Part shown: in pieces, positions 52,682 to 64,000 of the stretch
Layout of the letters: each line of letters opens with the position of its first letter
How positions within the stretch are numbered: position 1 is the stretch's first letter
Source of the DNA: Mobula hypostoma
Lineage: Eukaryota
Direction of reading: 5' to 3'
Assembly (NCBI RefSeq): GCF_963921235.1
Contig: NC_086118.1
Span: forward strand, 28,398,001 to 28,462,000
DNA length: 64,000 nt
Program-made: the position numbers and the translations under genes
The notes under the pieces: model-generated
Databases searched by the model: none
Seen by the model: the letters and a program-made list of their open reading frames with translations, nothing else
What the model was told of the DNA's origin: nothing

Positions 52682-54191
52682 TTTACTCTTTTCCATAGAT
52701 GCTGCCTGGCCTGCTGAGTTCCTTCAGCATTTTGTGTGTGTTGTTCTGGATTTCCAGCATCTTCTCATGTTTTTGATCGATCACTGGTGTCCATTGTCCC
52801 AATTGCCTTGAAAAAGGAAAAAGAGAAAAAAAAAATCAAAAAAAGTTACTCTTCTTGACGTATTCAATGCAAATTGAAAGACTTCCTTTTACAGTAGAGA
52901 TGTTACAAAGGGAAAGCAGAAAAAAAAACAAACATTATCTCAGGTCTACATGGCTACCAAAAATGGCTGAAATGTGCAACAGAAGCTCTAGCTCCTCCCA
53001 GTTTTACCAGTGCCAAGATTAACTTGCCCTTGACAGAGGTTGCCTTGTAGGGGATTGAGAGTACCATCGGAGCTGAGCATTATAGTGTTGGAAGAGCTAC
53101 ATGCCAGTCATCTTGGCATGGTTAAAATGAAATTATTGGCTCAAAACTTTGTCTGGTGGCCTGGGATAGATCAGTAGATCAAGCAAATTTTTATGCACTG
53201 TACGGGATGCCAACATGTCAAGAAGGTGCCAAAGCACGACCTCGCCATCCCTGGGAATGGCCTGCATTTCCTTGCAGGGGATTCATGGGGGTATTGCACA
53301 TGGGCACAAATTTCTGGGTAGTTGTGGATACAGCTACAAAGTGGCTGTAAGTGTTCTTAGTAGCCTTCACTACAGCCTTTCATACTGTTGATGCATTAAG
53401 AAGTGTTTTCACAAGGACTGGTGTTCCAGAACACTTAGTCAGTGACAATGGACAATAGTTTGTGAGGGAACAGCTTCAGTCATTCCTAAAAATTAATGGA
53501 ATAAGACATATTACATCTGCACAGTACCACCCAGCTACAAATGGCTGGCAGATAGGTTTGTCCAAAGTCTCAAGAACATACTGAGAGTAATACCAGCAGA
53601 ACACACTAAACTAGAACCTCACCATTTTCCTCCTTGCATGATGCAGTGCAGCACAGTACACAACCAAGAACTCACCAGCTATGCTGTTCCTGGTTTGTTC
53701 CTTGTATTTACACTTGGATCTCCCCAAACCCATTCTCGGAAAGAGTATGCCGGGCGAACAGCTGAGACAAATTGGAGGCTCTTCAAGCAAGAAGAATTTG
53801 ATGTTTACCTCCTGGACAAGTTGACCTGGCGAGGGACTACAGAGTAGGTGCGCCAAAAGATTAAGGACAGAAATGGACCACTCTCGTACACAATGGAGAT
53901 TGTGTCCTGTACCATCTAGAGGCGACACATTGATCAGTTGAAGAAATTAGAGTCAATTGTGAGAGAAAAAATGTGGATACCCCTGTCAGAACTACCTCCT
54001 GCAGATCCAGAGTCAGCTCCTACAGTCACCACAGAAGAGGCCCCAGAACCTGAGATTGTTTCACAGTCACAATTCTCACCTGCCAAGCAAATGTCAGGAA
54101 AAATGTTAACCCACAACAGTAAGAAAGCCTCCACGGTGATTAAGTCTGAATGGCACAATTTAAAATTTACTATGCTGTGGATGTCTGTATA

Positions 54192-55320
54192 ATCAGAATC
54201 AGGTTTATTACCACTGGCACATGTTGTGAAATTTGTTAACTTAGCAGCAGCAGTTCAATGCAATACATAATTTAGAAGAAGAGAAACAAATAATAATAAA
54301 TAAGTATATCAATTCCAGTAAACATATTGAAACACCTTCAATAACTCCAAAAGACTGAGGTTACGTAAAATACTGAAAGGCTTTTATTCGCTGTACAATA
54401 CGACCTCCATGGTGAGTGTCTGCCCCCGGACTGAGGGGAAGGGGCAAGGCGAAACACCTTTATACAGGAATCTGTAGGAGGAGCCACAGAGGCAGTCAGC
54501 AGGGGGGCATGTCCAGACAGTTAACCCAATTACAACATATTTACATGGTTTACCACACATATATTGAATAAATTAAACATCGTGCAAAAAACAGAAATTA
54601 TACTGTATATATTAAAAAAGTGAGGTAGTGTTCATAGGTTTAATGTCCATTCAGGGATCGGATGGCAGAGGGCAAGAAGCTGTTCCTGAATTGCTGAGTG
54701 CGAGCCTTCAGGCTTCTGCACCTCGTATCTGATGGCAACAGCAAAAAGAGCTTGCCCTGCGTGCTGGAGGTCTTTAATAATGGATGCTGCCTTGCTGAGA
54801 TACCACTCCTTGAAGATATCCTGGGTACTTTGTAGGCTAGTACCCAAGATGGAGCCAACTAAACGTACAATCCTCTGCAGCTTCATTCAGTCCTGTGCAG
54901 TATCCTTCCCCTCCCCCATACCAGACAGTGATGCAGCCTGATAGAATGCTCTCCACAGTACATCTATAGCGGTTTTTGAGTGTTTTTGTTGACTTACCAA
55001 ATCTCTTCAAACTCCTAATGAAGTATAGTTGCTGTCTTGCGTTCTTTATATCTGCATCAATATGCCGGGACCAGGTTAGGTCCTCAGAGATCTTGACACC
55101 CAGGAGCTTGAAACTGCTCACTCTCTCCACTCCTGATCCCTCTATGAGGATTGGTGTGTGTACCTTCATCTTACCCTTCCTGAAGTCCACAATCAACTCT
55201 TTCATCTTATTGATGTTGAGTGCAAGCTTGTTGTGGCGACACCACTCCACTAGTTGGTATATCTCGTTCCTGTATGCCCTCTCTTCACCACCTGAGATTC
55301 TACCAACAATGGTTGTAAAT
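54192..55320 (-). mobile_element. 5'-truncated Rex/Babar-type LINE inserted in the Gypsy 3' region
   Basis: ORF 54837-55250: [23 protein letters not shown]...YRCTVESILSGCITVWYG; (CTGATT)n tail; same family as 1677-3137. Confidence 0.9.
54328..54557 (-). mobile_element. Solo LTR (230 bp) inserted in the 3' UTR of the Rex LINE
   Basis: TG...CA termini; perfect 5-bp TSD CATAT (54323-54327, 54558-54562); TATAAA and AATAAA in order on the minus strand. Confidence 0.85.
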
Positions 55321-55652
55321 TTATAGATATAATAGCTGTATCATATTGTATACTGTGTATATAGTTGAGATGCATTCTATATTAAGTTGGAATTCATAGT
55401 GAAGCAGGGAGGAGTGTGTATTTAATATTTCAGTAATAGTTGAGTAGTCTTGTAAACATATTGTTTGATTAAGCATTTTATATAAATCATTATGGATATT
55501 ATGTATGAATATGTGAATTGCATCTATTATCATGCTAGCATATGATATGTGCTTGCCTCGCTTAAAGTAAAATATAAAGTTAGAGCCCCATTCCCAGCCT
55601 CCCATGCCTTCCTTTGAAATGGTTTAATGTTTTGAAGTTACAAAATATAAGA

Positions 55653-56030
55653 GTCAGGTTTCGCTTTGTAGGAAGTAACGGCCTGCAAACCCTTCCAGAG
55701 CCAACGTGCATCCGATCCTGTCTCTAGCCTCAGTTAGAAAGGTTTCCTTGCTCTTAAATTAGCCTTCTGCAGGTCGTCCCTGGAATTCATGTATATTTCT
55801 GAATCACCGATCTTGAATGCCACAGATCTTGTCCTCAGTAAACTACGAATTTCCTGGTTCATCCTCAGCATTCAGTTCAGGCATGATCTGCTATATTTTC
55901 AAAGGCACACACTCATCCACGCAGGTCGTGATGAAGTCAGTGACAACAGTGACATTCAGACTCAAAGATGAATCCCTGAATATTGTCAACTCAAAGATGT
56001 CCAATGCAGATGTAATAGTGTAAGCCATTG
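55653..56030 (-). mobile_element. Rex/Babar-type LINE, 5' part, continuous with 48935-49672
   Basis: Joining across the Gypsy restores GLQAVTSYKAKPNIINGCDASLPDE. Confidence 0.85.
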
Positions 56031-57339
56031 AGCATGATGGTTCGTTTACTGACTGGAAACATAAACTATTATAGCACTGAATATACTAGCTCCTGAATTA
56101 CTGGGTCTAGACAAGATAAGAATTTGGCTTGGGATATACAAGAGTTTTCTGGCAGCTGAAGTTAGAAAATAACGGAGAAGTGTTTATTTAGACAAGAACC
56201 TTGGGTTAGCCTACATAGCTTTTTCTGAGTTAGTTTTGAAAACTGATGCAAGCTATATTTCCTATCTGAATTATTTTAGGTTTTTCTGGTAAGCATACAA
56301 CTTTTTGTTTGGAAAAATGTATTAAAGCAACATACAAGCTATTAAACATACAGACTATTTAGTATCCTGTCGAGGTTGCCATTGGTAACTTTTTTAATTA
56401 AATCATCCCAACTAGTGTCATCAGGTTCATTTTAAATATTTCCTCTACTAATGTTTTGAAATGAAGTTGTGTCAATTATAATTATAGCATAAAAATTATG
56501 TCTTCTGCATTTAGATGGCACAAGTTGGATCTCCAATTTCACGCCATATTTAGATTTATACTTTACTTACAGGTTCACCATTTGGATAAAATTTCTGGCT
56601 TTGCTGCAGCTCTCAGACACTTATCCTTTGATGGTGATAAAATCCACCTTGTCTGGAAATCTGTTTAGCCAAAGAAGAAACAATCATGAAATCAAAAGTC
56701 TATGACCTTTTAAGATTAATCAAGAAGTAGTGAGCTATCTATTTAAACAACTGGAATGACTATGTTGATTTTTATGTCATAAGTTTCATGTAAGCAGTTC
56801 AAGACTTGGATAAATGATGAAAAATTGACAACCTGTTGAACTGGGAGGTAAACCTGGGACTGGTTGTGCACCATATCATAAATACTCTTGCACTTTTTTT
56901 GTTTATGGTAACCAAGGCTCAGAAACTATTCATGATATGTTTGGTTAGGTTGCTGTACTACATCCGGTGGGTGCACTTTGTATGGTGGAAAGTGATTGTA
57001 AGGTCCTGCAATGATGCAATTTGAGCCATTGCTTCTATTCTGAGTTTTATAGAATTCTGAATGTGCGGTTGCACTATTTCCAGCAAGCTTTTGACATCAC
57101 GTCACTCTACAACTTGAACCTTTGGCCAGAGTGACTCACAAGACCGCAGAATGAGCCATTCTAAGCAGAGTACTTGGCTCTTGCAAGTGTTTATGTCCAA
57201 CTAATCAGTGCTGATGGGACTGATTGACTTAAGTTTCTGATTAGTGGTGAACTCAGAACCCTGATGTAGGAATAAAGCCAAAATATAAAGTCACCATGTT
57301 ATTTACTTACGTAGAAAATCTGGGGGCTCCATTATCTCT

Positions 57340-58550
57340 GTACAGATGCATTCAGTAGCCATTTTATCAGCTATACCTGTATGCCTGGTCGTTAATGTAA
57401 ATCTCTAATCAGCCCATCACGTAGCAGCAACTCAGTGCATAAAAGCAGACAGATATGGTCAAGAGGTTATGTTGATGTTCAGACCAAAATTAGAATGGGG
57501 AAGAAATGTGTTCTAAGTGATTTTGACTGTGGAATGATTGTTGGTGTTCGATAGAGTGATTTCAGTATCTCAGAAACTACTGACCTCCCAGGATTTTCTC
57601 TAGATCAGTGGTCCCCAACCTCTGGGCTGCGGACTGATACCGGGTTTGCGAAGCGTGCAGGGGTGCAGCGGTAGCTGGAGCGCACCCAGCACATCTTTAA
57701 GAAAAAAGCCGAAATAAACAAGCTAATTAATTAGGTGCTGTCCAGAAGCCAGACTTCATTAGAGGAACTGAAGTGGAGAGGGTCAATAACTTTAAATTTT
57801 TCGGCATTAAGCATCGATATTTCTCTCTCTGAAAAGTGTCAGACGATCTGCCCCAGGACCAGCACGTAACTGTCATTACAAAGAAAGCACGGCAGTGCCT
57901 ATACTTTATTAGAAGTTTGTGTAGATTCAACATGTCACCTCGATCCTGACAGCCCTGTCTTTTCAGCCTGTCTGGGCTGGCATTTAAATTGACCAAACAA
58001 TGGAACAGCTAAAGACTCCAGCGCCCTGGAAAGATGAGTGAACATCACGTAGAGCAAGGGAAATCGGCAATCACCTCTGATCTGGGCCGACATTTATGTG
58101 CCGGGCGGCACCTAATTAATTAGCTTGTTTATTTTGGCTTTTTACTTAAAGATGTGCTGGGTGCACTCTGGCTACCACTGCACCCCTGCATGCTTCGCAG
58201 CCCGGTATCGGTCCGCAGCCCAGAGGCTGGGGACCACTGCTCTAGAGAGCTTACAGAAAAATGATGCAAAAAAAAAAACCACAAAGTAAAAAACATCCAG
58301 TGAGCGGCAGTTCTGTAGGCAAAAAAAAAGCCTTGTTAACCGGAGAGGTCAGTGGAAAATGGCCAGACGGGTTCCAGCTGACAGGAAGATGACAGTAACT
58401 CAAATAGCCAGGTGCTACAACAATGGTGTGCATTTCTGAATGCACATCCTGTTGCATCTTGAAGTGAATGTGCTACCGCAGTGGAAGACCACAAACATGA
58501 ACTCAGTGGTCACTTCCTTAGGTTCCCTAATGAAATGCCTGCTGAGCATA
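57340..58550 (+). mobile_element. Non-autonomous Tc1/mariner-type element (host of the hAT MITE)
   Basis: Degenerate termini related to CA.TCAGTGGCCACTTTATTAG at ~57350 and ~58500; transposase N-terminal remnant (MGKKCVLSDFDCGMIVG, SISETTDLPGFS). Confidence 0.6.
57606..58239. mobile_element. Foldback hAT/Charlie-type MITE with ~130-bp inverted arms and an internal Rex RT fragment (~57745-57945, +)
   Basis: TSD CTCTAGAT/CTCTAGAG; TIR CAGTGGTCCCCAACC / GGCTGGGGACCACTG; arms end at TAATTAATTAGGTGC / GCACCTAATTAATTA. Internal segment reads RGTEVERVNNFKFFG...KKARQCLYFIRSL. Confidence 0.88.
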
Positions 58551-59279
58551 GATTGACTGCTATGAAGCAAATTCTTGTGTTCATTAAGTCTGCTTATGTA
58601 ATTTCCATGGGTAAATGCAATGAGTTAATTCAGAATTTCAGTCCTCCTTGAGTGTGGTGTACATAGAGCTACATTAATGAAAGATCTGGTGTGAAGATTA
58701 ACTTGTAATTATTAACTTTGTGCATTATGTGCAGATCCAAGAACTACATTCAGAAAATAATAATATTTCTAATTTTATCAAACCGTGATGCAAAATCAGT
58801 GTCCAAGATGTGTCAAAATCTCTGCAAGATGTTGCGGTGCTTTAAAAATAGCCTAAAATCAAATCCAAGTGGTTTTGCAAATTAATAAACATATCCTGCA
58901 CTGTGAGAATGAAGGATTGACAACAGTAGTGAGTGTTCTCTACACACGCCAGCTGCAATGGCATACTTCTTGCAGGGGTGCTCTGTGTGATGCCTTAAGA
59001 CGTAATTTTTCAGACTGCATTTGAGAAGATGATGCAAGTACTGAGGGCAATTAACTGAAAATGTTGTCAACCTGTAGAAAATCTTCTGAGATTTCATATA
59101 CCCATACTAAGTAAGTAAGCAAATGCTTGAATGTTTCCTCCCACTTGTATTAACAAAAGTTAAAGAAAGTCTTTGGTTTTAATAGTGAGATGAAAATGAG
59201 CTGAATTGCTAATTTTTATTGTAAATTTCAATTGATTTTTGAAGTTCAAAGGTCTGACATTTTGATCAGTTCAGTTGTA

Positions 59280-61090
59280 AATATGACAACTAAATATGAC
59301 GGTTGTAAATTCAGCTGTAAAAGACAGTCGAGGGTAGATATAGGACCAATAGAAAGTGACGCTGGGGATATTGTAATGAGAGACGCAGAGATGGCAGAGG
59401 AACTGAATGCATATTTTACACCAGCCTTCACAGTGGAAGACATCTGCAGTATACTGGACATTCAAGAGTGTCAGGGAAGTGAAGTATGTGCAGTGTAAAT
59501 TATAACTGAGAAGGTGCTCAAGAATTTTAATGGTCTGAGGGTGGATAAATCTCCTGGACCTGATGGGATGCATGCTTGGGTTCTGAAGGAAGTAGCTGGA
59601 GAGTGTGTGGAGGCATTACCAATGATCTTTGAAGAATCAATAGATTCTGGCATTGTACTGGATGACTGGAAAACTGCAAATGTTATTCCACTATTTAAGA
59701 AGGGTGGGAGAAAGGAAACTATAGAGCTGTTAGTCTGACATCAGTGATTGGGAAGTTGTTTGAATCGATTGTTAGGGATGAGATTACAGAGTACCTGGAG
59801 GCACATGACAAGATAAGCCAAAGCCAGCATAGTTTCCTGAAAGGAAAATCCTACCTGACTAACCTGTTGCAATTTTTTGAGGAAATTACAAGTGGGATAG
59901 ACAAAGGAGATGCAGTAGATGTGGTGTACTTGGATTTTCAGAAGGCCTTTGACAAGGTGCCGCACATGAGGCTATTTAGCAAGATAAGAGCCCATGGAAT
60001 TACAGGGAATTTAATAGCGTGGGTGAAGTATTGGCTGATCGGCAGAAAACAGAGAGTGGGAATACAGGGATCCTATTCTGGCTGGCTGCCGGTTACCAGT
60101 GCAGTTCCACAGGGGGTCACTTTTGGGACTGCTGCTTTTTACGATGTATGTCAATGATCTGGACTATGGGATTAATGCATTTGTGACTAAATTTGACGAT
60201 GATACAAACACAGATGGGGGAGCAGGTGGTGTTGAGGAAATGGAGAGCCTACAGAGAGACTTAGATAGTTTAGGGGAATGGACAAAGAAGTGCCAAATGA
60301 AATACAATGTTAGAAAGTGTACGGTCATGCACTTTTGTGGAAGAAATAAACGGGCAGTCTATTATTCAGATGGATGGAGAATTCAAAACGCAGAGATGCA
60401 AAGGGACTTGGGAATCCTTGTGCAAGATACCCTAAAGATTAACCTCCAGGTTGAGTCAGTTGTGCAGAAGGCGAACGCAATGTTGGCACTCATTTCCAAA
60501 GGTTTAGAACATAAGAGCAGGGATGTGATGTTGAGGCTCTATAAGGCACTTGTGAGACCTCACTTGGAGCATTTTGTGCTGTTTTGGACTCCTTATGTTA
60601 GAAAGGATATACTGACATTAGAGAGGGTTCAGAGAAGGTTCACGAGAATGATTCTAGGAATGAAAGGGTTACTGTATGAGGAACGTCTGGCAGCTCTTCG
60701 GCTGTATTCCCTGGAGTTCAGAAGAATGAGGGGGGATCTCATAGAAACATTCTGAGTGTTAAAAGGCCAGAACATATTAGATATGGCAAACTTATTTCCC
60801 ACTGTAAGAGAGTCTAGGACGAGAGATCATGACTTCAGGATTGAAGGATATCCATTTAGAGTCAGAGGGTGGTAAATCTGTGGAATTTGTTGCCCTGAGT
60901 GGCTGTGGAGGCCAAGTCATTGGGTGTATTTAAGGCAGAGACAGATAGGTTCTTGATTAGCCAGGGCATCAAAGGGTATGGGGAGAAGGCAAGAGAGTGG
61001 GGAGGACTGGAAGAATTGGATCAGCCCATGATTGAATGGTGGAGCAGACTCGAATGGCCTGTTTCTGCTCCTATATCTTATGGTCTTGTG
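59280..61090 (+). mobile_element. CR1 LINE, 5' truncated, RT region with frameshifts
   Basis: KSPGPDGMH, DWKTANVIPLFKKG, VDVVYLDFQKAFDKVPH, VPQG, KFDDD, LYKALVRPHLE; CTTATGGT-type tail. Confidence 0.93.
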
Positions 61091-61599
61091 ATTATGAAGG
61101 TATGCTAGGTTGTATACTAGATACTTTGCCACACTACACAATTAAGTAGGTGTTTCCAAACAGGAGTCAACATTCTTAATGCCTGGTGTTTATATTCATT
61201 ACAACTTTTCTTCCTAATTTTCTTCTGTAAAGCAATGTATAAATAGATTGATAAGACTCTTTTAATAATGATATCATTAACCTAAAATTAAGTTGCAAAG
61301 GAAAAACTGATTCATGCTCCTCCAAGTTGGACTTGGATTGCTAAAAATGGTTGAAGAAAATCCAAATGCAAGAGGATTTGACAAGAGTAAAGCTATTTGC
61401 CATAATTGTTGCGGGTGCTGTTAATTCAGTGCCTGGAATATTTTACGTAAGCTTAGCTTCCCTGCTCAATTCAAGGCAGAGATCAAAATCAGTTTGGATA
61501 TTGGGTTTGAATAGGGAAGAGACACTAAGCCAAGTGATCATCCAAGCGCAAACACATGCCTATTTCTGCTCTGATTTATGTCTGCCTCACTTTTTTAGT

Positions 61600-61790
61600 A
61601 TACTGTATCTCTGTTTTTAGTACAATTTTTAATCTATTCAATATATGTATACTGTAATTGATTTGGATGTTTATTTATTATTGTTACTATTTTGTTTTTT
61701 TTCTTCTATATTATGTATTGCATTGTACTGCTGCTGCTAAGTTAACAAATTTCATGTCACATGCCAGTGATAATAAACCTGATTCTGCAT
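61600..61790 (+). repeat. Rex-type LINE 3' UTR/tail
   Basis: GCTGCTAAGTTAACAAATTTCATG...GATAATAAACCTGATTCTG, the reverse complement of the tails at 1677 and 54192. Confidence 0.7.
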
Positions 61791-61867
61791 TAAAACTGGT
61801 GTGTAGTCTTTGTACTGGATCCTAACACATCAGAAATATTTGTCAAAGGTACTGAAAGCTCACTTCA

Positions 61868-62125
61868 CTTGTCTGTCTGTCTGTCTAGGTACCATATCCG
61901 ATGCAGACTTTAGTGACCATGGTTTTCCATGCAGATCTATCCTTCGTTTTTTGGATGACTTCCATTTCCTCGATGTGTAGCCACCTGGCTATGCTTTTGA
62001 TGTACATAAGCCGAGGTCTTCCTCTAAGTTTACTCCCCTCAATCTTTCCAGAGAGTATGAGTTCTTCTAGTTCATCTTTCCGCATGATGTGTCCTAGGAA
62101 TCTGAGTTGTCCTTCTAAGAGAAAG
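61868..62125 (-). mobile_element. RTE-clade LINE 3' end with (ACAG)n tail
   Basis: QLRFLGHIMRKDELEELILSGKIEG...RGRPR...DRSAWK, then a GACA repeat immediately after the stop. Confidence 0.82.
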
Positions 62126-62260
62126 ACAACTTCACTTGTACTTCTGATTTTTTTATATATATGAGTCTGTTGTGATTCTCTTCATGTGGTTATTCCTCTG
62201 CATGGAAGTGAAAGGAAGTGTAACGCCTGTGTAGTGCTTGTCTTATCTTGTGTAAATGGT

Positions 62261-64000
62261 TGTCACACTCTTTATGAGAAAATCAAATTACATAGTATGA
62301 CATTAGGTGCTAGTGGGCCATTAGAAACTCTATCAGAAGGAGGCAGTGAATCAAAAACACACACTTCTAGAGGTGAGTTTGTTCATAAATATAGCAATAT
62401 ATACAAAATATTTACATGAGCAAGAACAATTGAAAATTCCAACATTTTGTCTTAGGTTCCAAATCTCAGATATCAAACGAAAACCAAATTCCTTTTCAGT
62501 TAGAATCAGTGATATTCATTAGACTAACCTTTATTACACCAATTTCTCTAACTAATTGGATCTAGTGTTCTTCCCTATTTAAAGGTTTTCCTTTTTATTT
62601 ATCCCTACTTAGTTAAGAAACTAAATGAATTCCTATTCTTAAGTATTATGGTTAACCGCAGTTTCATTTTCAGGTCAGTGTGTCTACAAATTCTAATTCA
62701 GCACCCCCAAAGTTATACATATACAGCTCAATGCCTTTCATGACAAATCTCCAAGATCACAACTTTTAAACAAAGTAAATCTCATTCAATAACTTATCAA
62801 AGTCTTTGCAAAAGTAATCAGTTCTTCCAGAAAATCTCAGTCAAAGGATCTGAATTTGTACTTCCAACAGTATTAACTCCTCTACGTTTTGAAGCATTTT
62901 GTTCCCATGCTGTTTCTTCGATCTTGGGTGGCTTGGCATCTTGTTTCTTGGTTCGTTGGATGAAATAAATCACTATCACATTGTCAGTTCCAAACGTTTC
63001 TCAGTTTCAACACTGCCGAAGATATTTCACATACGAATTATACACTCAGAACAGTAAAGGTATTTTAACTCACCAAATCCCTTGGTATGATTTAACAGAA
63101 CTAACTCCAGTTTATACAGCAGTGTTCTTGGACACTAGTATCAGCCATTATCATCTCACTATAGCTGATGCTTCTTATAGCCCTAGCTTCAATAAATCTT
63201 TTATCAATATCTTCTCTCCCCCAGGGGTTTCACCTTGTGGATTTTCAGTATGTAGGGTAGAGATTCAAACTACTAATTCCACAGTTTTTATCTTCAATCC
63301 TTAGTATCTTTAGTTCGCTGCATTTTTGTCGCATGCTTCGTCAGCCATGCCTCATTCTTGCATAAATGTTTTCCAAAGTTCCCTTTTTTTAATTTGCTAA
63401 CCCTCATTTTCATTGCTTCACAGGTGGAAATTTCTAACATTACATCTTTGGGGTCAATTAACCTGGGTTACATCCTCCCCCTTTTAATTTATGCAAGACC
63501 ACTTGCATATGGCTACAGGTTACATTGCAATGGGTTTGTGTGAAATCTGGAAGAAACTCTACGTTACCTAAACCAGGACCTTGATAAAGGGACTAAAGTA
63601 CTGTGACTAAAGGATTTTCTAGTTCAGGATATGTTAGAGTTCTAGGATTTTCTCTGTGTCTAGAAGACCTCCTGAATTCAGGCTCTTCTTTGCGAGAATT
63701 CTCAGTTATCCTGACTTTTCCTGTCAACAGTTCATTGCCTGTCTTTTTTTCCTTGTCTAATCTCGGACTCATCCGGGATTGACAAAATTTCCAGAGTTGC
63801 ATTTCCTCATTTGTTGTTTCTTCCACAGGGTTTTCTTCAAGACTAACAGGTAAGTTACTTTCAGCAGTGGATTCCTCTTCATCAGGTAAGTAACTTGCAT
63901 TTCTTTGGAGTTCCAGCTCTGGGTCTAGAGCAGGAGTGGTTGTAAGTGGCTGATTTGAGCTCGGGTTGGGTCCCACAGTTCTTTTGTGTAACTGTTCATT
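62261..64000 (-). mobile_element. 3' end of a second Gypsy-like LTR element: pol C-terminal tail, PPT and ~1.2-kb 3' LTR (63472->~62261)
   Basis: Acidic tail ending RRSSRHRENPRTLTYPELENP; PPT AAAAGGGGGAGGA directly followed by TGTAAC; candidate LTR end GTGTGACA at 62261. Confidence 0.62.

Larger units (their letters stand above)
49673..55652 (+). mobile_element. Ty3/Gypsy LTR retrotransposon, near full length, degraded (gag, protease, RT, RNase H, integrase)
   Basis: 5' LTR from 49673 (its 3' end and the PBS appear deleted); 3' LTR 55415-55652 after PPT AAGCAGGGAGGAG; TSD GTTAG/GTCAG. Gag LLSALG and Zn knuckles (~50730-50830); VVPVAKKNG.IRICGDFKVT; FSKVDLAKA; LVSDNG; YHPATNG. Confidence 0.92.

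Noticed and set aside
56560..56710. Acceptor-like TTACTTACAG followed by short open frames
   Set aside because: Peptides not recognisable and no donor site; unsupported.

Overview
Repeat-saturated vertebrate DNA with no recognisable intact host gene. The repeat landscape (CR1 and Rex/Babar LINEs, V-SINE/HE1-like SINEs, Penelope terminal repeats) suggests a cartilaginous fish, probably a ray; this is inference. Nearly every listed ORF is a fragment, or the antisense, of a decayed mobile element. Main contents: (1) a degraded class I (gamma/epsilon-like) endogenous retrovirus on the minus strand (1-~5400). Its RNase H, integrase and env, including the immunosuppressive domain and CX6CC motif, can be rebuilt by removing later LINE insertions. 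(2) Penelope-like remnants whose terminal repeats contain a minimal hammerhead ribozyme motif (best copy 52644-52681). (3) A full-length Tc1 (20579-22172) and a full-length Charlie/SPIN-like hAT (40371-42977), both with target-site duplications (TSDs). (4) A Gypsy LTR element (49673-55652) inside a four-level nest, plus the 3' end of a second Gypsy at the window end. (5) A foldback hAT MITE carrying a LINE RT fragment, a CpG-rich non-autonomous retroelement, a Tigger4-like fragment, RTE LINEs and many CR1/Rex/SINE fragments. Family names come from motif recognition by eye, not database searches. Boundaries without TSDs are approximate.
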